From assembly GCF_046295495.1 (NCBI RefSeq), contig NZ_JBKBNC010000008.1, forward strand, positions 813-64,812: DNA of 64,000 nt, given 5' to 3'. The notes below the pieces were generated by a model. That model saw only the letters and a list, made by a program, of their open reading frames with translations. It ran no database searches and was not told the DNA's origin. A program made the position numbers and the translations under genes. Positions 43,486 through 52,343 of the stretch are shown here, piece after piece. The first letter of the stretch is position 1. Each line of letters begins with the position of its first letter. The stretch is from Microbacterium sp. GTDB lineage: Bacteria > Actinomycetota > Actinomycetes > Actinomycetales > Microbacteriaceae.

Positions 43486-44940
43486 CTAGACCGCGGGTGC
43501 GGCGGCCAGAGCACGCTCGGCGATGATGCGAGCGTACTGCCGGCCGGAGTCCTTCAGGGTGCGTTCCTGCGTCTGGTAATCGACGTACACGATGCCGAAC
43601 CGCTTGGCGTAGCCCCAGGCCCATTCGAAGTTGTCCATGAGCGACCAGTAGAAGTACCCGCGCACGTCCACGCCCTTCTCGACGGCGTCCAGCACCGCGC
43701 TCAGGTGCGCCTCGACGAACTCCACGCGGTCGACGTCGTGCACACGGCTCTCGCCGGCCTCCTCGACCAGCTCGTCGTCGTACGACGCGCCGTTCTCGGT
43801 CACGTACAGCGCCACCCCGGGTGCCGCGGCGTACTCCTCGCTCACGCGCTCGAGCAGGCGGGTGAGGCCCTCGGGCTGCACCTCCCAGCCCATGTTCGTG
43901 CGGGAAAGGCCGCGGTCGTGCCAGTACAGGTTCTCGTGCGCGGGGAACGGCTTGCCGATCGGACGCGTCGTAGGGGCGTCTCCCGCGGGCGGGTCGACCT
44001 CGGGCGGCGTTCCGCCGACGAGCTCGCCGTGGTAGTAGTTCACGCCGAGCGAGTCGATCGGGGTCGAGATGATCTCGAGGTCTCCCGGACGCACCGCCGC
44101 CTGCCACCGCGATACCGCCTCGGCATCCGTGTCGCGGAAGTCCCGGATGATGTCGGCGGGGTACTCCCCGCGGAAGATCGGGTCGAGGAACCAGCGGTTG
44201 AACTGCCCGTCGATGCGGCGCGCGGCGTCGAGGTCGGCGGGGTTCGCCGGGTCGACGGCATCCGCCACGGTCAGGTTGAGCGTGAGTCCGAGGTTCAGCG
44301 CGGCGTCCCGGGCCCGCAGCTCCCGCACGGCCTGACCGTGGCCGAGGAGCAGGTGGTGGGCGGCGAGCATGCCCTCGGCCTGCGAGTAATGCCCCGGAGC
44401 GTGAGCTCCGGCGGTGTAGCTGAGGAACGAGGAGCACCACGGTTCGTTGAGGGTGGTCCACACATCGACCCGGTCGCCGAGGGCGTCGTGCATGTCGAGG
44501 GCGTACTCGGTGAAGAGGTCGCTCGTCTCCCGCACGGTCCAGCCGCCACGGTCCTGCAGCGCCTGCGGGAGGTCCCAGTGATACAGCGTCAGCCAGGGCA
44601 GGATGCCGGCATCCAGCAGCTCGTCGACCAGGCGCTTGTAGAAGTCGACGCCCTTCGGGTTGAGCGCGCCGCCATCGGGGCGCACGCGCGACCACGACGT
44701 CGAGAAACGGTAGGTCTGGAGGCCGAGCTGCTTCATGAGCTGCACGTCGCCGGCGTAGCGGTGGTAGTGGTCGCACGCCACGTCGCCGTTGTCGGCGTTG
44801 ATCACGGCGTCGGGGACGCGGCTGAACGCGTCCCAGATGGAGGCGGTGCGGCCGTCCTCGAAGGCGGCGCCCTCGATCTGGTAGGCGGCTGTCGCGGCGC
44901 CGAAGAGGAAGCCTTCGGGGAACGTTCGGGTGTGGGACAT
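43486..44940 (-). CDS. GH1 beta-glucosidase
   Basis: ORF 43486..45879 trimmed to ATG 44940, with GGAAGGAA SD. N-terminus FPEGFLFGAATAAYQIEGA. Catalytic motifs TLNEPW and YVTENGAS. Confidence 0.9.
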   Translation of the reverse strand: MSHTRTFPEGFLFGAATAAYQIEGAAFEDGRTASIWDAFSRVPDAVINADNGDVACDHYHRYAGDVQLMKQLGLQTYRFSTSWSRVRPDGGALNPKGVDFYKRLVDELLDAGILPWLTLYHWDLPQALQDRGGWTVRETSDLFTEYALDMHDALGDRVDVWTTLNEPWCSSFLSYTAGAHAPGHYSQAEGMLAAHHLLLGHGQAVRELRARDAALNLGLTLNLTVADAVDPANPADLDAARRIDGQFNRWFLDPIFRGEYPADIIRDFRDTDAEAVSRWQAAVRPGDLEIISTPIDSLGVNYYHGELVGGTPPEVDPPAGDAPTTRPIGKPFPAHENLYWHDRGLSRTNMGWEVQPEGLTRLLERVSEEYAAAPGVALYVTENGASYDDELVEEAGESRVHDVDRVEFVEAHLSAVLDAVEKGVDVRGYFYWSLMDNFEWAWGYAKRFGIVYVDYQTQERTLKDSGRQYARIIAERALAAAPAV

Positions 44941-44969
44941 GGATCGGGTTCCTTCCGTGGGCGCGAGGG

Positions 44970-45869
44970 TCATCCCTTGACCGCCCCTTGCATGATGCCA
45001 CTGACCAGCTGCTTGCCCGCGAAGACGAACAGCAGCAGCAGCGGGATCGTCGACAGCAGCACGCCCGCGAGCACGATGGAGTAGTCGACGAAGTAGTTGG
45101 ACTGCAGCAGCGAGAGGGCCACCGGCAGCGTCGGGTTCTGACGGTCGAGCACGATGAACGGCCAGAAGAAGTTGTTCCAGGCCGTCACGAACGTGAACAG
45201 TCCGAGCATGGCCGCCGCCGGACGCGCGGCCGGGACGCCCACGGTGAGGAAGGTGCGGAACGAGCTCGCCCCGTCGACGCGCGCGGCCTCGATCAGCTCG
45301 TCGGGCACCGCCTGGCGCAGGTACTGCGTCATCCAGAACACCCCGAAGGCGCTCGTGAGCGCGGGCACGATGATCGCCCCGATCTGCCCCGTCCAGCCCA
45401 GCTCGCTGAAGAGGATGTACAGCGGCACGACGCCCAGCTGCGTGGGCACGGCCATCGTCGCCACCACGAAGAGCAGCAACCACGGTCCGCCGCGGAAGCG
45501 CAGCTTCGCGAAGGCCCACCCCGCGAGGGTGGAGAAGAACACCACGGATGCCGCGATCAGCGCCGAGCTGATGATGGAGTTCCACAGCCCCGCCCAGAAG
45601 TTGACGGCCGGGTTGCCCAGGACGGCGGCGGCGTTGGCGAAGAAGTTGCCACCGGGGATCCACGACATCTCCGGGTCGCGGATGGTCGCGGAGTCGCCCG
45701 AGCCGATGAGCAGCGCCCAGTAGTACGGCACGAGGGCGGCGAGCAGCACGACGCCGAGGCTGGCGTAGACGAACCAGCCGGGGCGGGAGCCGCGCACGGG
45801 GCGAGGACGCCGACGTGCGGGCTTCGGGTCGGCGGCCCCGGTGACGGGGCTGGTGTCGATGATGCTCAT
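44970..45869 (-). CDS. Carbohydrate ABC transporter permease (CebG-like)
   Basis: Tail of ORF 44970..47189 from ATG 45869, in an ATGA overlap. EAA-loop context IEAARVDGASSFRTFLTVGVP. Confidence 0.85.
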   Translation of the reverse strand: MSIIDTSPVTGAADPKPARRRPRPVRGSRPGWFVYASLGVVLLAALVPYYWALLIGSGDSATIRDPEMSWIPGGNFFANAAAVLGNPAVNFWAGLWNSIISSALIAASVVFFSTLAGWAFAKLRFRGGPWLLLFVVATMAVPTQLGVVPLYILFSELGWTGQIGAIIVPALTSAFGVFWMTQYLRQAVPDELIEAARVDGASSFRTFLTVGVPAARPAAAMLGLFTFVTAWNNFFWPFIVLDRQNPTLPVALSLLQSNYFVDYSIVLAGVLLSTIPLLLLFVFAGKQLVSGIMQGAVKG

Positions 45870-46942
45870 GAGCGTGCACCCTTTCCGGTCGAGGCGGCCA
45901 GACGGTCGCGGGCCGCGCGCGCCGCGGCGCGGCGCTGGGCGCGGGTGAGCCCGTCGCGGGACCCCTCGTCGCGCACGAGCGAGCGGCTGATGAGGAGGTT
46001 CACCGCACCGATGACGAGGATGAGCAGGAACAGGATCCAGGCCAGAGCAGCCGCGCGTCCGAAGTTCCACTCGCCCCAGCCGAGGTTGTAGAGGTACAGC
46101 GAGATCGTCAGCCACTGGTTGTCGGCGCCGCCGGTGCCCGACTGGTCGAACATGCGCGGCTCGTCGAAGATCTGCAGGCCGCCGATGGTCGAGGTGATGA
46201 TGACGAAGATCAGCGTGGGCTTCAGGCTGGGCAGCGTGATCGAGAAGAACTGGCGTACCTTGCCCGCGCCGTCGACGGTGGCCGCCTCGTAGTACTCCCG
46301 CGGCACGGCCTGCATCGCCGCGAGGAGGATCAGGGTGTTGTATCCGGTCCAGCGGAAGTTGACCATCGTGGCGATGGCGATGTGGCTGGCGAACGCGTCG
46401 GAGTGCCAGCCGACGCCGGGGAGGCCGATGCGACCGAGCAGCGTGTTGATGATGCCGTACTGGTCGCCGAACATGTTGCTGAAGATGAGCGCCACCGCGA
46501 CGGGGGCCATCACGTAGGGCACGAGCACGCCCATGCGCCACAGCGTCTTGGCGCGGATGTTCTGATCGAGCATGGCGGCGATGAACACCGCCAGCAGCAG
46601 CTGCGGCACCGTCGACAGCACGAAGATGCTGAAGGTGTTGCGCAGCGCGTCCCAGAACGCCGGCTGCGACAGGACGTAGGCGTACTGGTCGAAGCCGACG
46701 AAGGTGCCCGAGCCGCGGATCTGGTCCCAGTCCATGAACGAGATCACGCCCGTGTAGAGGATGGGGAACAGGCCGGTGACGAGGAAGAGGACGAAGAACG
46801 GGGAGATGTAGAGGTACGGCGACAGCTTCAGGTCCCACGCGCTGAGTCGGGACCCGAAGCCGAGGCGTCGGGGCGTGCGCGCGGGGGGACCATCGGGAGC
46901 GGATGCCGCGGAGGTCGCGGGGGGAGTGAGTGTCGTGGTCAC
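45866..46942 (-). CDS. Carbohydrate ABC transporter permease (CebF-like)
   Basis: ORF 45866..47041 trimmed to GTG 46942, with GGAAGGAA SD, downstream of the SBP stop. EAA-loop context YEAATVDGAGKVRQFFSITLP. Confidence 0.85.
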   Translation of the reverse strand: MTTTLTPPATSAASAPDGPPARTPRRLGFGSRLSAWDLKLSPYLYISPFFVLFLVTGLFPILYTGVISFMDWDQIRGSGTFVGFDQYAYVLSQPAFWDALRNTFSIFVLSTVPQLLLAVFIAAMLDQNIRAKTLWRMGVLVPYVMAPVAVALIFSNMFGDQYGIINTLLGRIGLPGVGWHSDAFASHIAIATMVNFRWTGYNTLILLAAMQAVPREYYEAATVDGAGKVRQFFSITLPSLKPTLIFVIITSTIGGLQIFDEPRMFDQSGTGGADNQWLTISLYLYNLGWGEWNFGRAAALAWILFLLILVIGAVNLLISRSLVRDEGSRDGLTRAQRRAAARAARDRLAASTGKGARS

Positions 46943-47001
46943 GGGGTTCCTTCCGGGAGCGCGGGCCGGACGCCGGAGCGTCCGACCCGCGGCGACCGAG
47001 A

Positions 47002-48279
47002 TCAGCCGATGGCGTCCACCTGCGAGACCCACTGGTCCCACGAGGCCTGGGCGTCCTGCGCGTTGCTCTCGACGCGGGTGAGCGCCTTCTGCATCGCGTC
47101 GTTGACCTGGAAGTAGTACTCGCCCTTGAACGGGGTGACGCTGACGGCCTCGGCGCGCTTGGTGAAGATCTCGCCGATGGGGGCGTCACCGAAGTACGCG
47201 TTCGTGCTCGAGAGCAGGTCGGGCGCCTTGAGGGCGTCGACCTGGCTGGGGAACGTCCCGGCCTGCTGGAAGAACTTCACCTGCTGCTCGGGCGAGCTCA
47301 GCCAGTCCGCGAGCGCCTGCGCCTCGGCCACGTGGGGGCCGTTCGCGGGGACGGTCAGGTACGACCCGCCCCAGTTGCCGCCGCCGTTGGGGAAGGCGTC
47401 CGCGATCTTCCAGCCCGACACCTCGGGGGCGTTGCCCTCGATCTGCGTGAGCATCCAGCCCGGGCACATCAGCGTCGCGAACGCGCCGTTCGCCATTCCG
47501 GCGTACCAGTCGGTCGACCACTGCTCGAAGTGCGCCGACTGCGTCTTGCTGGCGTCGAGGGTCTGCGTGTAGACCTTCTTGACGTCGGGGTTGGTCGTCG
47601 CCGTGATCTCGCCCGAGTCGGGGTCTTCGTAGGCGGCCTCGACCTGGTTGATCATGCCCTGGTAGATGCTGCCCGCCGAGTCGAAGAACGGCTTGCCCGT
47701 GGCGGCCACGTAGGTGTCGCCCATCGCGAAGAAGTCCGACCAGTCGCCGTCGAGGGCGGCGCCCACCTCGGCCGGGTCGGAGGGCAGGCCCGCCGCCTCG
47801 AAGAGGTCGGCGCGGTAGCAGACGGCCTCGGGGCCGATGTCGGTGCCGTAGCCGATGAGGTTGCCGGCGCCGTCGGTCGCCGCCTTCTCCTTCCAGTCCA
47901 ACCAGCGGCCCTTCAGGTCGTCGGGAACCGGCGCCAGGAGGTCGGAGTACTTCATGACCTCGGGGAGCCAGTCGACCTCGATGGCCTCGATGTCGGCGAG
48001 GCCGGACTTGCCGAGCTTCTGGAAGTAGTTGGCACGGGCGTCGTTGGACTTCGCCGCACGGTTGTGCACGATCTTCACGTTCGGGTGCTCGTCCGTGTAG
48101 GCCTGGAGCAGTTCGTCGGTGTAGCCGAAGTCGTTGAACGTGGCGACGGTCAGGGTGACCTCGCCGTCGGATCCGCCCGAGGCGGAGCCCCCGCCGCCGG
48201 TGCAACCGGCGAGCACGAGGGCGGAGGTGGAGGCGACGGCGGCAACGAGCGCAGTCCGGCGCAGGGCACGAGAATTCAC
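47002..48279 (-). CDS. Sugar ABC transporter substrate-binding lipoprotein (CebE-like)
   Basis: 425-aa ORF with GTG start and AAGGAG SD. Signal peptide with lipobox LVLAGC. Confidence 0.85.
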   Translation of the reverse strand: MNSRALRRTALVAAVASTSALVLAGCTGGGGSASGGSDGEVTLTVATFNDFGYTDELLQAYTDEHPNVKIVHNRAAKSNDARANYFQKLGKSGLADIEAIEVDWLPEVMKYSDLLAPVPDDLKGRWLDWKEKAATDGAGNLIGYGTDIGPEAVCYRADLFEAAGLPSDPAEVGAALDGDWSDFFAMGDTYVAATGKPFFDSAGSIYQGMINQVEAAYEDPDSGEITATTNPDVKKVYTQTLDASKTQSAHFEQWSTDWYAGMANGAFATLMCPGWMLTQIEGNAPEVSGWKIADAFPNGGGNWGGSYLTVPANGPHVAEAQALADWLSSPEQQVKFFQQAGTFPSQVDALKAPDLLSSTNAYFGDAPIGEIFTKRAEAVSVTPFKGEYYFQVNDAMQKALTRVESNAQDAQASWDQWVSQVDAIG

Positions 48280-48338
48280 AGATCACTCCTTTGTGGTGGG
48301 TGCTGACCGGCGCTGCGTAGCCTCCCCGCCGCGGTGCG

Positions 48339-48408
48339 TGGGAGCGCTCTCAACCGATCGAGGTCGACAGTATGGGATCGCTCCCAAAGCGTCAAGAGAG
48401 CGCTCCCA
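48339..48408. promoter_or_regulatory. Three CebR-type operator boxes
   Basis: TGGGAGCGCTCTCA (48339-48352), TGGGATCGCTCCCA (48373-48386) and AGAGAGCGCTCCCA (48395-48408), compared with the Streptomyces CebR consensus TGGGAGCGCTCCCA. They lie 60-130 nt upstream of the SBP start. Confidence 0.75.
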
Positions 48409-48443
48409 TTTCGTTACGCGCCCGACACCCGACCCCTCCCCCT

Positions 48444-48510
48444 CCATAAACGCTCGCTGCGCCGATAAACGCTCTGCGAGCGCGTTTTTGCGCGCAGGAA
48501 GCGTTTATGG
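48444..48510. promoter_or_regulatory. Triple ATAAACGCT motif (two direct, one inverted) enclosing a GC hairpin; unassigned regulatory element upstream of purS
   Basis: CCATAAACGCT at 48444-48454, GATAAACGCT at 48464-48473 and AGCGTTTATGG at 48500-48510. The inner hairpin GCGCG-TTTTTG-CGCGC spans 48480-48495. Confidence 0.45.
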
Positions 48511-48551
48511 GCGGGGCCGGGCTCTGGACCGCGGCGAATCGGGCGCTCCCG

Positions 48552-48557
48552 TAGAAT
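48552..48557 (+). promoter_or_regulatory. -10 hexamer TAGAAT upstream of purS
   Basis: Read directly. It gives a ~30-nt leader with a CTGGAG SD before GTG 48593. Confidence 0.45.
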
Positions 48558-48592
48558 GGCTCGCACAACGCCACCCGACTTCTGGAGCTGAA

Positions 48593-48841
48593 GTGCCCAC
48601 CATCGTCGTCGACGTCATGCCCAAGGCCGAGCTTCTCGACCCGCAGGGGAAGGCCGTCGCCGGCGCCCTGTCGCGGCTCGGCGAGCACCGCTTCTCCGAT
48701 GTGCGCATCGGCAAGCGCTTCGAGCTCACCGTCGATGGCGAGGTCGACGAGGCCACCCTCGCCCGGGCGCGCGAGCTCGCCGACGACATGCTCTCCAACG
48801 CGGTCATCGAAGACGTCGTGAACATCGAGGTCGTGGAGTGA
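48593..48841 (+). CDS. purS: Phosphoribosylformylglycinamidine synthase subunit PurS
   Basis: Tail of ORF 48134..48841 from GTG 48593. 82 aa: [26 protein letters not shown]... Confidence 0.9.
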   Translation: MPTIVVDVMPKAELLDPQGKAVAGALSRLGEHRFSDVRIGKRFELTVDGEVDEATLARARELADDMLSNAVIEDVVNIEVVE

Positions 48842-49545
48842 CCGCTCGCGTCGGGGTCATCACCTTCCCCGGGTCGCTCGACGACCGCGACGCCCAGCGC
48901 GCCATCCGCCTCGCCGGCGGCGAGCCCGTCGCCCTGTGGCACGGCGACCACGACCTCCAGGGCGTCGACGCCCTCGTGCTGCCGGGCGGCTTCAGTTACG
49001 GCGACTACCTGCGCGCCGGGGCCATCGCGGCCTTCGCGCCCATCATGTCCGAGGTCAAAGACGCCGCAGCCAAGGGCATGCCCGTGCTCGGCATCTGCAA
49101 CGGGTTCCAGATGCTCGTCGAGGCGCACCTGCTGCCGGGCGGCCTCATCCGAAACGCCCACCAGCAGTTCATCCGCCGAGACCAGCGGCTTCGCGTCGAG
49201 AACGCCTCCACCGCGTGGACCAGCGACTTCGCCGAGGGCGACGAGATCGTCATCCCCCTCAAGAACGCCGACGGCGGCTACATCGCCGACGCCGAGACCC
49301 TGGCCCGCGTCAACGGCGAAGGCCTGGTGGCCTTCCGCTACCTCGGCGTGAACCCGAACGGCTCGCTCGACGACATTGCGGGCCTCACCAACGAGCGCGG
49401 CAACGTGGTGGGCCTCATGCCGCACCCCGAGCACGCCGTGGAGCCCGGCTTCGGCCCCGGCACCCCCGCCGCCATGCGCTCGGGCGTCGACGGACTGGGG
49501 TTCTTCACCTCGGCGATCGCCGCCGTGGTGGGCGCCGCCGCCTGA
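48838..49545 (+). CDS. purQ: Phosphoribosylformylglycinamidine synthase subunit PurQ (glutaminase)
   Basis: 235-aa ORF in a GTGA overlap with purS. Triad context [10 protein letters not shown] and MPHPEHA. Confidence 0.95.
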   Translation: MTARVGVITFPGSLDDRDAQRAIRLAGGEPVALWHGDHDLQGVDALVLPGGFSYGDYLRAGAIAAFAPIMSEVKDAAAKGMPVLGICNGFQMLVEAHLLPGGLIRNAHQQFIRRDQRLRVENASTAWTSDFAEGDEIVIPLKNADGGYIADAETLARVNGEGLVAFRYLGVNPNGSLDDIAGLTNERGNVVGLMPHPEHAVEPGFGPGTPAAMRSGVDGLGFFTSAIAAVVGAAA

Positions 49546-49558
49546 CGCCGCACCGTTC

Positions 49559-50272
49559 ATGCCCGGTGACCGCGCGCCCGATCCGGATGCCCTGATCGAA
49601 CGCATCCTGCACCTCTGGAGCGCGGATGCCGAGACCCTCCCCTCCGAGCCGCGACTGGCCGAACTCACGGGCGCCAGTCGCAACTCGGTGCGCGAGGCGC
49701 TGATCCGCCTCGAGGAGCGCGGCTACGTGCACCGCACGCAGGGCGCGCGCACCTCTCCGAACCGCCGCCTGCCGGGCGTGGGCCGCCGCATCGACCAGCA
49801 GTTCGACCACTCTCTCTCGATCCGGTCGGCGGGGTACGAGCCGAGCCTCGAGCTGGTGTCGTCCGAGCGCATCCGATTGGTCCCCGGCATCCACCGCTAC
49901 GACGACCTGCCCGACGACACGAGCGTGCTGCGCACGGTGAAGGTGTGGCGCGTCGACGGAGCGCCCTACGCCCTGGCCGAAGACCTCGTGCCGGTCACGC
50001 GCGAGGCCGACCTCGACCCCCACCGGCCGGTGTTCGCCCTCGCCGAGGCCGCCAACGGCGTGCGCGTGGCCTGGGAGACGATGTGGATCGAGGCGGTGGG
50101 CCTGGATGCCGAGCGCGCGGCCGCGCTGTCCACATCTCCCGCGACGCCGGTCATCGAGATGACCTACTGCGGCTACGGGGCCGACGACGCGATCGGGTAC
50201 TGGTCGCGCGAGGTGCAACTGCCGGCTCCGGAGGGGCTGCGCAACGCGCTCATCCGGCGGGTGCGGGCGTGA
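49559..50272 (+). CDS. GntR-family regulator (HutC/UTRA-like)
   Basis: Tail of ORF 49376..50272 from ATG 49559. wHTH LPSEPRLAELTGASRNSVREALIRLEERGYV. Confidence 0.8.
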   Translation: MPGDRAPDPDALIERILHLWSADAETLPSEPRLAELTGASRNSVREALIRLEERGYVHRTQGARTSPNRRLPGVGRRIDQQFDHSLSIRSAGYEPSLELVSSERIRLVPGIHRYDDLPDDTSVLRTVKVWRVDGAPYALAEDLVPVTREADLDPHRPVFALAEAANGVRVAWETMWIEAVGLDAERAAALSTSPATPVIEMTYCGYGADDAIGYWSREVQLPAPEGLRNALIRRVRA

Positions 50273-50324
50273 GCGTTTCGGCGGTGTAACCACGCGGTGA
50301 ACGTGTCGAACACGACCGGTCCCA

Positions 50325-50346
50325 GCTTGTTGGACAAGCCTATGAT
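50325..50346 (+). promoter_or_regulatory. Dyad GCTTGT-TGG-ACAAGC abutting a TATGAT -10; candidate GntR operator/promoter
   Basis: Read directly, between the GntR gene and the cupin gene (ATG 50374). Confidence 0.5.
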
Positions 50347-50373
50347 CGGGTCACCCGACGAAAGCGAGCCGCC

Positions 50374-50868
50374 ATGTCCGACACCCTCACCGTCCACCGT
50401 CTCTCCTCCACGACGGTCTCCCCCGCCGCGTTCGACCCCTACGGCGTCGTACTCACCCCGATGGAGGACGGCACGCCCTTCACCGCCGAGGAGGCCGTCC
50501 TCGACGTCTCCAACGGCATCCCCCGCTTCTACCTGATGCACCTCGACGACAAGGCCCCGGAGTTCGTGCGGGTCACCCGTCACCTCGAGACCACCCAGAC
50601 CCTCATGGCCGTGGGCGATGTCGAGTGGACCATCGCGGTCGCGGCCCCCGGTATCGACGAGCCGACGCCCGACGATCTGCGGGCCTTCCGCATCCCTCCG
50701 CGCACCGCGATCACGATGCGCAAGGGGACGTGGCACGCCGGGCCGTTCTTCGCCGAGCCGAGCATGGACTTCGTCAACCTCGAGCTCGACGACACCAACG
50801 TCACCGACCACCACAACCACCGCCTCGACGACGCCCACGGCGTGCGCGTCGTGATCGACGGGGAGTGA
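50374..50868 (+). CDS. Ureidoglycolate lyase-family cupin protein
   Basis: 164-aa ORF. Family-like features RFYLMHL, VTRHLETTQTLMAV, RKGTWHAGPFF. Confidence 0.65.
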   Translation: MSDTLTVHRLSSTTVSPAAFDPYGVVLTPMEDGTPFTAEEAVLDVSNGIPRFYLMHLDDKAPEFVRVTRHLETTQTLMAVGDVEWTIAVAAPGIDEPTPDDLRAFRIPPRTAITMRKGTWHAGPFFAEPSMDFVNLELDDTNVTDHHNHRLDDAHGVRVVIDGE

Positions 50869-50870
50869 GC

Positions 50871-52343
50871 GTGCCCACCCCTCTCCCCGACGCCGCGGCG
50901 CGTCTGGCCGCCCTCGAACGCGAAGCCGCCCACCAGAGTGCGCTCAGCGCCGGCGACGGCCGCTCCTGGGTGCGCTCGCGCGACGGGGTGCGACCGATCG
51001 TCATCGTGGGCGCGGGGCAGGCCGGCCTCGTGCTCGCACGCGGGCTGCGTCGCCGCGGGATCGACGACGTGGTGGTCGTCGACGCCGCGCCCGCCGACGC
51101 CGCCGGTCCGTGGACCACCTACGCGCGCATGCACACGCTGCGCACGCCCAAAGACATCGCATGGCCCACGTGGGGCACTCCGGCGGTGAGCCCTCGCGCG
51201 TGGTTCGAGGCCGTCTTCGGCGGCGAAGCCTGGGACGCGATCGAGTACTTCCCCACCACCGCGTGGCAGGGCTTCCTGCAGTGGTACCGCGACGTGTCGG
51301 CCGTCACGGCGGTGCCCTCCACGCGCGTGCGCTCCCTCACCACCGGCGGGGCCGACGACCCGCTCTCCCTGCACCTCGAGGGTCCCGACGGCGCGTGGAC
51401 CCTTCCCGCTCGACACGTCGTCCTGGCCACCGGCATCGAGGGCGCGGGCGGTGCCCACGTGCCGGCGTCGCTGCGGGCGCTCCCCGCGGGGCGCGTGCTC
51501 CACACGCACGACGACATCGACTTCGACGCTCTCGCGGGGCTGCGCATCGGCATCCTGGGCGCGGGGACGGGCGCCTTCGACAACGCCGCCACGGCTCTGG
51601 AGCACGGCGCCGCGAGCGTCGACGTGCACATGCGACGGGCGGCGATGCCGCAGGTCAGCCCCTACCGCTGGATGGAGTTCGCGGGGCTCATCGAGAACTA
51701 CGGCTCGTTCACCGACGCCCAGAAGTGGGCGTTCAACGTGCACCTCTCGGCCGTCGACCAACCGGCGACGCAGAACGCGCTGTGGCGTGCGCACGCGTTC
51801 GACGCGTTCCGCTTCCTCACCTCGTCGCCGTGGGAGCGCGTGGAGAGCGAGGGCGACGAGATCGTCGTGACGACCCCGCACGGCGTGCACCGCTACGACG
51901 TCGTCCTGGCGGCGACCGGGATCGCGGCCGACCTCGCGCGGCGACCGGAACTCGCCGGGGTGGCCGCGGATGCCACGCTGTGGAGCGACCGGCTCCCGCC
52001 CGAGGCCGCCGCGCAGAACCCGGGCCTGGCCGCCTTCCCGTACCTCGACGACGACTTCGGCCTGGTCAGCCGCACCGCGCCCGAGGCGTCGGCACTGTCG
52101 CGGATCCACATGTTCAACCACGGCGCGCGCATCAGTCAGGGCATGCTGAGCCATCAGATCCCCGGGCTCGTGGGCGGGGCGACCAAGCTCGCCGCCGCGC
52201 TGTCGCGCCGCCTGTTCCTGCGCGACGCCGACGCGCTGCTCGCCGAGTACCTGGCCTACGACGTGCCGGTCGGTGTGCACATCGGCCGTCGCCCGCAACG
52301 CCCCGTGCCGACGCCGCAGCCGGAGGTAGCGTCGGTCGGATGA
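50871..52343 (+). CDS. FAD/NAD(P)-binding oxidoreductase (two-dinucleotide-binding-domain flavoprotein; N-hydroxylase/monooxygenase-like)
   Basis: Tail of ORF 50625..52343 from GTG 50871. IVIVGAGQAGLVLA (FAD GxGxxG) and IGILGAGTGAFDNA (second Rossmann). Confidence 0.65.
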   Translation: MPTPLPDAAARLAALEREAAHQSALSAGDGRSWVRSRDGVRPIVIVGAGQAGLVLARGLRRRGIDDVVVVDAAPADAAGPWTTYARMHTLRTPKDIAWPTWGTPAVSPRAWFEAVFGGEAWDAIEYFPTTAWQGFLQWYRDVSAVTAVPSTRVRSLTTGGADDPLSLHLEGPDGAWTLPARHVVLATGIEGAGGAHVPASLRALPAGRVLHTHDDIDFDALAGLRIGILGAGTGAFDNAATALEHGAASVDVHMRRAAMPQVSPYRWMEFAGLIENYGSFTDAQKWAFNVHLSAVDQPATQNALWRAHAFDAFRFLTSSPWERVESEGDEIVVTTPHGVHRYDVVLAATGIAADLARRPELAGVAADATLWSDRLPPEAAAQNPGLAAFPYLDDDFGLVSRTAPEASALSRIHMFNHGARISQGMLSHQIPGLVGGATKLAAALSRRLFLRDADALLAEYLAYDVPVGVHIGRRPQRPVPTPQPEVASVG

